Part shown: one piece after another, positions 54,328-64,000 of the stretch
How positions within the stretch are numbered: the first letter of the stretch is position 1
How the letters are laid out: each line of letters begins with the position of its first letter
DNA from: Octopus sinensis
Lineage: Eukaryota
Direction: 5' to 3'
Assembly: GCF_006345805.1 (NCBI RefSeq)
Contig: NC_043020.1
Span: 7,130,001 to 7,194,000 of the forward strand
DNA length: 64,000 bases
Notes under the pieces: model-generated
The model's input: only the letters and a program-made list of their open reading frames with translations
What the model was told of the DNA's origin: nothing
The model's database searches: none
Position numbers and translations under genes: made by a program

Positions 54328-54545
54328 ATATCTTAATTATATTTAATTTATATAAAATTTTTTATGTATTGGATTAAGTCTTTCTTTGTTTGATTTGCAT
54401 AATAGTGGTTTTGTCTCTAATTAATATTATATTATATTTTACTATAAAATTGGATTCAATCCTAAATCTGATTTTTCCCTGTAAATTTGGATTTATTCCC
54501 TAATATTTATTATTATATATATATATATATATAGATGTATATGTT

Positions 54546-54577
<32 letters not shown>

Positions 54578-54659
54578 GTATGTATATATATATATATATA
54601 TATATGTATATGTATATATATAATATAATATATATATGTGTGTGGTGTGTGTATATATA

Positions 54660-55051
54660 TAACAGGAAGGTTTACGAAAATAAACAAAAGACGAAGGCAG
54701 GTGGAGTACAAACAAACAATTGTATTAGTATGGTGCTCAGGAATATAAATAAAACAAGTCTTTTATGTTTTGAGCCTACGCTCTTCGACAGAAAGATACA
54801 CAGAAAAAAAACAAGGAGAGAAAAAAATTGCATGTAAGAGCTAACACACACACACACATATATATAATCATGATAGATCATTAGCCACTACACACATTTT
54901 TTTCTCTCCTTGTTTTTTCTGTGTCCCTTTCTGTAGAAGAGCGTAGGCTCAAAACGTAAAAGACTTTTTCTATTCCTGAGCGTTATACTAACACATCTGT
55001 TTGTTTTGTACACCACCTGTCTTCGTCTTTTTTTTTTTTTTCGTAAACTCT

Positions 55052-55052
<1 letters not shown>
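54660..55052. mobile_element. Imperfect inverted repeat with two degenerate hammerhead-like motifs (54760-54795 -, 54927-54962 +)
   Basis: CUUU-CUGU(C/A)GA-A GAGC GUAG GCUC-AAAAC (G/A)UA-AAAG; G12 replaced by A in both. Confidence 0.55.
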
Positions 55053-55111
<59 letters not shown>

Positions 55112-55900
55112 GACAACAAAAGAATGAATGAGACCTTGATATCATGTAAACAGAGGAATTTATTATAAATATGAGACAATTGGTTGTCATAATAAAACAC
55201 ACACTAAACATCAGAGTAGTACATTAACAGAAGGTCTGCCTCTGGTTCTGCTGCCTACCAGTTCAGTTTCATGACAACCAACTAATTGTCACACACACAC
55301 ACACACATATATATATACACAATTGAAACACCCCTGTCACAACCTGTGGTGTTGAAGACTGCTTTAATGCAAGAAAGTATACTAGTCCCTTAATATTTGA
55401 TATTCAATATTTCATCTATTCAATAAGACAATCAATACTTCATTTCATTTTACTATATATATTATTTATACTATATATTCTATATTCTACATTAATATTA
55501 TAAAGAATATAAATAAAACATAAAAAACAGAGTTGGAATTTCTTTGGATAATATATATCCCGCTATACACAATCATACAAACCCCTTTTTATTCATACAT
55601 ATATATATATATATATACACAAGGGTGCAAATGTAGGTATACAGTTATGGAAAAAAGGAAATATGTACAATACTCATTTATTTTTATCAAAAAAATTTTT
55701 AAGTTAGCCTGATTTTTGATATTTTCAGTGACATTAAGCATAATAATACATTTATCATAAATATAAGAATAATTTTATCGTAACTTTTAAATTTTTTTGA
55801 TAAAAATAAATGAGTATTGTACATGTTTTCTTTTTTACATAACTGTATACCTACTTTTGCACACACACACACACACACACACATCTGTATATACGCATAC

Positions 55901-56108
55901 ACGAGGGGGTGCTGAAACGTTTCTGGCTTTGGGGAAAAGAAGGGGATCAGTTAATTATGACTTTATTCAACATATTCCCCTCTCAGATTCACACACTTAT
56001 TGCAGTGGCCCTTCAGTTTTTCTAAACCCTGTTAAAGAACTCCGAAGACTGGACCTCCAACAGAGCCTTTCACAATACCCTCAAAGCCAGGAACTTTTCA
56101 GTGCACCC
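55901..56108 (-). mobile_element. Mariner-derived miniature element
   Basis: Imperfect TIRs (GGGGTGCTGAAACGTTTCTGG / CCAGGAACTTTTCAGTGCACCC); internal EKLKGHCNKCVNLRGEYVE* transposase tail. Confidence 0.7.
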
Positions 56109-56532
56109 CACCCACCTCATATGCCCTAACATGTCTGTCGTCTTTTTGTTTCTTTTAAGATGATGGCGATGTATGATTCTGAGAGAGATTTGGCTGCTGT
56201 TTCCAGCAGCTTGAATGATCACATAGGGATTCAGTCACTGTTTTCAGAAGTTAACGCAGTAACAAGTTTAAAAAGCAACTGATCCATACACAGCAGTTAT
56301 ACTGATAAGAGGCGCAGCTGAGATAAGACAAGATAGAGCAAGCAGTGATTGCGCTGAGTTCTAGCATTTCTGGGGTTTTTATCTGCAAGTTTATAAATAA
56401 AATTTTTGAAGGCTGTGCTCCAGTATGACCAGAGCTAAGACTGATAAAAACAAATTTTATACTTTATTTAGTTTTTAGGTAATTTTATTTAGTTTTTAGG
56501 TATCTTTAATTTTTTTCTTAATGGTATTACCA

Positions 56533-56940
56533 TAGGCGCAGGAGTGGCTGTGTGGTAAGTAGCTTGCTTACCAACCACACAGTTCCAGGTTCAGTCCCAC
56601 TGCATGGCACCTTGGGCAAGTGTCTTCTACTATAGCCTCGGGCCGACCAGAGCCTTGTGAGTGGATTTTGTAGACGGAACAGAATGAAGCCCGTCGTATA
56701 TATATATGTAATATATATGTGTGTGTGTGTGTTTGTGTGTCTGTGTTTGTCTCCCCAACATCGCTTGACAACCGATGCTGGTGTGTTTACGTCCCCGTAA
56801 CTTAGCAGTTCGGCAAAAGAGATCGATAGGATAAGTACTAGGCTTACAAAGAATAAGTCCTGGGGTCGATTTGCTCGACTAAAAGGCGGTGCTACAGCAT
56901 GGCCGCAGTCACATGACTGAAACAAGTGAAATAGAAAGAG
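56533..56940 (+). mobile_element. SINE family A, full length
   Basis: GGCGCAGGAGTGGCTGTGTGG head through to tail. Confidence 0.9.
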
Positions 56941-57648
56941 TATGATTTAATTATATCATTGTTGAATTGCTACATGGTGGTTTTTCTCTAATTTATATTC
57001 ATATTCATATATATATATATATGTGTATTTCTCATTTATTTATGACTGGTTTACATTACTGAAGAGTGGAAAACAATTTTAATATCGTAAACCACAAAAT
57101 CTTGAGATAGTGTTGTCCACAATATTTTATAAATCCTTTCTGTCCATTTTCCTCAGATCAACCTTGTGGTAATGGAGAGATAACTTAAGTGGTTTGTAGA
57201 CCATTTGGGGTCTACTTCAAGCATACAGGCATTTAGGTTCAGCACCCTTATTATAATTATTTTGTAATTATACTTAAATATGAAAACTGAAACAAGTAAA
57301 AGAAAGAAGAGAAGAGAAAGAATGTGTGTGCAAGGATAATATACACGAGTGTATGTATGTATAATGTATCTAAGTATGTGTTTATGTATATGAATATATA
57401 TATACATATTTGTCTACACATGCACAATCTGTCCCCTCTTGTTCCCGTCTACTCTCAACGATGTGTTGAGAAGGATAATTGCAAATGCTGCGAAAGTCAA
57501 GCAGCTCTTAATATATATTTAATTCATGTAATTTTATTTTTTAATTATTTAATTAATTAAATTGGAAAAAGGCTGAGAAAGATTGTCTGCGTTGTTAATC
57601 AATGTAATATGAGAACACAAAGGCAGCAGGTTTTGGCAAATAGGGTGC

Positions 57649-57680
<32 letters not shown>

Positions 57681-58549
57681 CTATATATATATATATAATA
57701 TATATATACACACACACATACATACATGTATGTATGCACCTACATATATATACATACATACACAAAGACATATATATTATATATATATATATGCACCTAT
57801 CACATATACATACATATATACACATACATTTACATACATATATAGATATACATATACATACATATATACACATACATATGCATACATACATATATATATA
57901 TACATACATATATATATACACATACATATGCATACATACATATATATATATATATACATATATATATACACATACATATGCATACATACATATATATATA
58001 TATATACATATATATATACACATACATATGCATACATACATATATATATATATATACATACATATATATATACACATACATATGCATACATACATACATA
58101 TATATATACACATACATATGCATACATACATACATATATATATACACATACATATGCATACATACATACATATATATATACACATACATATGCATACATA
58201 TATATACACATGCATTCACATATATTTACATGCATACATCCACACACATACAAAGATACATACATACATATATATATACACACACACACACTTTATTTGT
58301 AGATTAACAAGGCAACCCTTATATGTATGTATGTATGTATATCATACATATATATATACACACACACACACATATACATAACAGCACTTTAAACCCACCC
58401 TCCCAAAAACTGCTTGTCACAATTGACTAGTTTGTAAAATGCAGTTGGGTGTCGTGAAGAAAATTTGGAAGCTCAAAATGCAACAAGTCTCTTTGTGTCT
58501 AACTGAGCAACAAACACTCGAGAAACTTATGACATACTCCACATTGCTT

Positions 58550-58977
58550 ACTCTCTTTACTCTTTTACTTGTTTCAGTCATTTGACTGCGGCCATGCTGG
58601 AGCACTGCCTTTAGTCGAGCAAATCGACCCCCGGGACTTGTTCTTTTGTAAGCCTAGTACTTATTCTATCGGTCTCTTTTGCCGAACCGCTAAGTGACGG
58701 CGACGTAAACACACCAACATCGGTTGTCAAGCAATGCTAGGGGGACAAACACACACACACAAACACACACACATACACACACACACATACATACATATAT
58801 ATATATATATACATATATACGACAGGCTTCTTTCAGTTTCCGTCTACCAAATCCACTCACAAGGCATTGGTCGGCCCGGGGCTATAGCAGAAGACACTTG
58901 CCCAAGATGCCACGCAGTGGGACTGAACCCGGAACCATGTGGTTGGTTAGCAAGCTACTTACCACACAGCCACTCCT
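58550..58977 (-). mobile_element. SINE family A, full length
   Basis: Reverse copy abutting the mariner remnant. Confidence 0.9.
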
Positions 58978-59415
58978 GCTTATGGATCAGCTTGTATGAG
59001 ACGACCATCAGCTTTTTTTTTGGCACAAGAGATTCGAGAATGGTAGAGAGGAGGTGAGAGATGACGAGATGTGTGAAAGGGAGACGGAGGTCAGAATATC
59101 AGCGCCAGTTGAGAAAATACACAATTTTCCTGATGAGGACCATCGTGAGTCTACAAAGACAACACGCATGCTTTTGGGGTTGGTGTGGCAATCATATACC
59201 GTATTATTCAAGAAGATCTGTACAGGTGCTTAATTTGTGCACAGCTTCTTACCAGTTAGAAGCAACAGGAAAGACACTTTGGTGACAGCAGAGACATGGT
59301 TGAGCTCATTACATGCAACCCAAGAGTATTTGGGTCTCTGGTGACCCGTGATAAAAGCTGGATGTACTATTATGGGCCAGAAAGCAAGAGACAGACTGAC
59401 CAATGGAAGCATCCT
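58978..59415 (+). pseudogene. Mariner transposase remnant
   Basis: AYGSACMRRPSAFFWHKRFENGREEVRDDE (HTH region), IYRIIQEDL, and LVTRDKSWMYYYGPESKRQTDQW (degenerate TGDE.W catalytic motif). Confidence 0.85.
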
Positions 59416-59589
59416 CATCATCATCATTGTTCGACCGTGGTCGAGACAATGGAATTTACTATGTTATGCCAGACTTCACGGTCCATCATAGCATTACGGA
59501 GGTCCTGTTGCTGGATGCCTGTATCCCTGGAGATTACATCAGAGTAGGAGAGTGTGCACCCTCTGGTATTGCGAGTAGATGGCTTCCAG

Positions 59590-60000
59590 AGGAGAAGGAG
59601 TAGAAATTACTTCCTTTTCAGCTCTACAACAATGTCCAGCAAACTGGACTCTCCTACCTTTCACAAGAGATGACACAGGTGGTAATTTCCCATATACTTG
59701 CATTTTTGTTGGATGGCGCTTCCACGAGAGATTTTGAGCTCTCAAGGAGGCGAGTGTAGGTTCCATCCAACGCCTCTCAAGCTTCTTGATAACGTCCAGG
59801 TTTCTGAGCCATATAGTAGAATTGGTTCGACTGTGGCTTGAATATTTCAAGTTTGAAGTCTCTACTTAGATTTGATGACCAGATCTTATGCATGTCATTA
59901 CAGGCTGACCAGGCCATACCCTTTCTAGTTAGAAAGTCTTTTCCAGATGATGATATGTATGACCCAAGATATTTATAATCAGAAACCATATTTAAAGGCG
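59590..60000 (-). mobile_element. Degenerate RTE-like LINE fragment (different subfamily)
   Basis: DYKYLGSYI, AWSACNDMHKIW and RRVQFAGHCCRA motifs across frameshifts. Confidence 0.8.
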
Positions 60001-61013
60001 CACTGTTGAGAGTATGGATGATGCAATCATGCATCCTGGTTGCCCAAGACCCAAGGAGACCAGCCAAAACAAGTCGATGATCTCTTTTTCAACAGCAAGG
60101 CCATCATCTATATCCACTGGGTTTCCACTGGCCAGGCAGGCAACATAGAGTACTTTGTGGAGGTTTTTCAGGAATGCAAGACACCTTTTCTGCTCTCTTG
60201 ATACAACTCCCTTCTTTCAGTTCAGGGGTCTTGTCCTGCAAGCTACTTGGTAACTTCACTGGTGCTGGTTCCACATAAGAAGCACCCAACACAGTCTCCA
60301 AAGTGGTGGGCATTAGGAAGGGCATGTAAAAGCCATGCCACAGCAGACAACAGAGTTTGGTGTACTCTTCTGACTTTCCTGTCCTTCTCAAACAGTTCAA
60401 CCCATGCCAGCATGGAAAAGCGACATTAAATGAGAAAGAGAGAGAGAAAGAAAAACAGACAGACAAACAGATAGATAGATGCAACAGGTTCTGCAGATTC
60501 CCCTCAATCAAATTCCACTCTCACAACTTATTTACTGGTCAAGCAGAGGCTACAGCAGACAAAACTTGCCCAAGGTGCCACGCAGTGAGATGGAACCCAA
60601 AACCTCATATTTACAAAGAGCCAACTTTGTGGCCATGCAGCTTAATTTCTAAAGCATACTTAATTTCTAAAATTACAGTCCACAATCCTAAAATAATTGT
60701 TGAAAAATTCTTAAATTATTTTTCGTTTTGGGATTTGGTTTGCCAGATTCTTTATATGAGTTCGTGTGTTGAAGCATATTCTGTTGTGTCTGGGGAGAGT
60801 CATTTTCTTTTTGTGCCTTATAATGTAACACATTCACCAGTAAAATTTCCACTTATTTCTTATTTTTTTTAAATTTTTATTTTCCTTCATGTGTTTTATC
60901 AAGTACAACAAGTCACCACATCCTCTGGTCCCTTATTTCATCAGTGGAGCCCAGAGGATGTGGTGCCCAAGCACCCACACCCTGACCCCTCATTGAAGAT
61001 GCATACGACTTAC

Positions 61014-61319
61014 CTGGACATGAGTAGATGTGGTCGATGTGCTGACAGATTTACTTAGATACGTCCGACGTGGACTCCTTGGACTGGACACCTTTCCGAT
61101 GACGGGAGCACATGGCGGTGATCCTGGACAGATTCGGGGGGTCGTTCGGATACCTCTTGGAGAACTCTCAACACCAAGCACTGGCAAGAGCTGAGGGATT
61201 ATGTCCCCTTTGGCAATCTGCAAGAGGTTCTGACGGAGTAACTGTTGTGTGTCAGGCTCTGACAACCAATGGAGGAAGAGTTCGTCCACCTTGTTGCGTA
61301 ACACTGGTTTCAGTGCCAT
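61014..61319 (-). CDS. PPP2R3B: First coding exon (102 codons) of a PP2A regulatory subunit B'' (PR70/PR72 family) gene
   Basis: Translation MALKPVLRNKVDELFLHWLSEPDTQQLL matches the PR70 N-terminal motif recalled as VLKMKVDELFLYWLSEASTQ, followed by an S/P-rich linker (SSPRSPRR). In-frame upstream TAG at 61352-61350, strong phase-0 donor CAG|GTAAGT at 61014/61013. The ORF track's first 'M' at 61322 is GTG; the ATG is at 61319. Confidence 0.85.
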
Positions 61320-61388
61320 CACACCATTATATATTCCACTAAGAATAATCTACCGATTTTGAAACATTCTTGGGGGCCAAAAAAACCT
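61320..61388 (-). promoter_or_regulatory. Splice acceptor and 67-nt 5'UTR portion of the B'' exon, containing two uAUGs
   Basis: Minus strand TCCTCATTCTTTTTTTCTTTGCAG|G with the exon starting at 61386. uORFs MFQNR* (61367-61350) and MV* (61327-61319). Confidence 0.65.
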
Positions 61389-61464
61389 GCAAAGAAAAAA
61401 AGAATGAGGATTTTAAACCTTGTGCATTTAAACTGTCCATATTCAGCCAAAATATTCTATTTGT

Positions 61465-61620
61465 TTTAGTTAGTTACTTAGTTAATTTTTTGGCTCAAAA
61501 AGCAAGGCCATGTAGGGAGACATGGAGTTATGTACAGGGTGGTATTCATGTAAAGAGTTCAGGCCACTTGAGGTCAAGGGAGACTTTGAACAAAGCGGTC
61601 GTCGGCATCTTCACCATCTT
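61465..61620 (-). mobile_element. Short CR1 3' end immediately upstream of the B'' acceptor
   Basis: Near-identical to 33715-33870. Confidence 0.8.
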
Positions 61621-62594
61621 GTTTTATGTTCAAAGTGGCCATATCTGGCCTCTCACACCAGCCCTACAATATTGTCGTATAAATTGACAGTTACCTCATC
61701 AAAATCTCACAGCCACAAGACAATGCAGGATTAATTCAAAACAACTTGACTAAATAAGCATTACTTTTGACAGAAATAAAGGGTTAAAATAGAAAGATTT
61801 AGAAATATAAATAATAATTTACGAATTATCAACAATTATTTTAGTATTGTCGACTGTAAGTTTAGAAATTAAGTATGCTCTACTGGATGGGTGATGTCAG
61901 TGTGCATACATGACAGATTGTAAATGATTTAAGAAACCATCCAACTCATGTCAGCATGGAAAGCTGATGATGATGATGATGATGAAGAAAACAGTGTTAG
62001 TACCAAATGGTAATCTGTATATCCAACTTAACATGGATGCCTTGATAGAATGCCAAATGCTGCATTATTAGCCTTGAGAGATCCTATCATTTAGGCACTT
62101 GTTGCATAAATGCACAGACATAGATCGTAGTAGACAAAGTTCATGTGTCACGGGTGCCAGGATCCCCATATCATGTGACTTCGGTTTGTTGGATCTCCTC
62201 AGCGGGAAGCATAAATCACCTCATACCTATTTCTTTACAAGGGGCTACACGCAGAAAGCTATGATATAACAGACAAATATCATCATCATCTTCAACTATT
62301 TTATATGAATATAGAAAAAAAAAATAGGGGCGTTTTCCTACTTAAGAATGCCAATGATATATGAATACTTAAAATAGCCATGAAGCTTCAAGGGACTGGT
62401 TTTTTTAAGGGTCGTTTACGATAGGGACCAATTTAACAGCAATTAAGTGAGTGGAAGAATCTCTTTTCTGCCAAGCAGTGAAGTTAAGCAAAGATGCAAA
62501 CAAACCAATGTTGGATGCAAAGTTTCTGCAGAAAACCTACCTCAACAAATTCCATCCAAGTTATGAAAGAATGGAAAAGTGGACTTTAAAAGAG

Positions 62595-62795
62595 GAGAAA
62601 GAAGAGGAAGAGGAGCAGGAGCAGGAGGAGCAGGAGGAAAAGGAGGAGGAAAAGGAGGAAGAGAAGGAGGAAAAGGAGGAAGGGCAGGAAGAGGAAGAGC
62701 AGGAGGAGGAAGAGCAGGAGGGAGAGCAAGAGGAGGAAGAGCAGGGGGAGGAAGAGCAGGGGGAGGAAGAGCAGGAGGAGGAGGATGAAGAGGAC
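62595..62795. repeat. (GAG/GAA/CAG)n purine tract
   Basis: Seen directly. Confidence 0.9.
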
Positions 62796-63324
62796 AAAGC
62801 ATATGGAGAGAAACAAATGAAGATGGAAAGGGACACACAGACAGACCCTAAATCTAAGATAGTAAATTATATAACAAAATTAACCCATAAAAATATCCAA
62901 AGAAAAAAAATAAAACAAAGTAAAAATTGAAACAAAAAAAAACAAAAAAAGAAAACAGCAACAAACAAAAAAAAAATTCAGAAAAAAACGACAAAAAAAA
63001 AAAGAAATAGAAAATGAGCAAATTCTTGAAAATGGAAGACAAGCATGTAAATTGTGAACCAATGGAAGACTCACAGAGAATATCAGCTCCATATCAGGTG
63101 AAGTCTTTGAGAAAGAAGCAAAACCAAAATGCCAGATTTGGAGAATACCTTTTACCATTTTGTTGCAACCAAGAACAACCAAGATCTTAAGATAGGACAG
63201 CATTTTGAGTTTAGTGAGGAATTAAATAGAAGAAGAAGGAGAGAGAGAGGGGGGAGAGATGGGGGAGGGGGGTTGCTATGGCATTTAATTTTGGGGATGT
63301 TATTTTATATTTATATATATAAAT

Positions 63325-63377
<53 letters not shown>

Positions 63378-63789
63378 TATATAAACATATTGTGCGTGTA
63401 CAAACAGTATATAAATTCTATACATATAAATACATACGAATACAGATATAAATTGTGTATTTATTTATATACATTACATACATACACATATATATGTATG
63501 TATATATATATATAATACACACGAATATATACATACATACACATATATATGTATGTATATATATATATATATATATATGTACATATAAAACATATTGTGC
63601 GTGTACAAACAGTATATAAATTCTATACATATAAATACATACGAATACAGATATAAATTGTGTATTTATTTATATACATTACATACATACACATATATAT
63701 GTATGTATATATATATATATACATATATAAATACACACACACATATATATATATACATATATAAATACACATATATATAATACACACGA

Positions 63790-63821
<32 letters not shown>

Positions 63822-63838
63822 TATATAAATAATACACA

Positions 63839-63876
<38 letters not shown>

Positions 63877-63968
63877 TAAATACACACGAATATATATATA
63901 TATATATATAAATAAATACACACGAATATATATATTTTATGTGCATATACATACATATATATGTGCGC

Positions 63969-64000
<32 letters not shown>

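Larger units (their letters stand above)
54071..54430. mobile_element. Perfect palindrome (178-bp arms, TCAT loop) carrying two hammerheads; probable inverted Penelope-like pLTR remnant
   Basis: Arms compared by eye and identical; inserted next to a (TA)n tract. Confidence 0.7.

Noticed and set aside
62451-62930. 159-aa Glu-rich ORF
   Set aside because: GTG start, built from a purine triplet repeat that lacks stops, and antisense to the gene.

Overview
AT-rich, microsatellite- and SINE-saturated animal genomic DNA whose repeat families look octopod (species not determinable here), with a 100-N gap at 37856-37955. The only homology-supported gene segment is a minus-strand first coding exon (61319-61014) of a PP2A regulatory B'' (PR70/PPP2R3B-like) gene. 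I found no exon for the conserved EF-hand core, so most of the window is probably that gene's 5' intron. Three further minus-strand ATG-to-phase-0-donor segments (11139-10870, 39516-39487, 51862-51731) may be alternative first exons. The rest is SINEs, LINE remnants (RTE, CR1, L1/Tx1), mariner/hAT/Helitron-like relics and tandem repeats. The most notable finding is a set of type I hammerhead ribozyme motifs identified by hand: an extended one beside the gap, an identical pair in a perfect 360-bp palindrome, several minimal dimer-type motifs, a G3:C8 core variant, and degenerate or half copies in foldbacks. All near-intact stand-alone copies lie on the host gene's sense strand. Ribozyme activity and the Penelope-like origin are inferences, not tested. 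Repeat boundaries are approximate.
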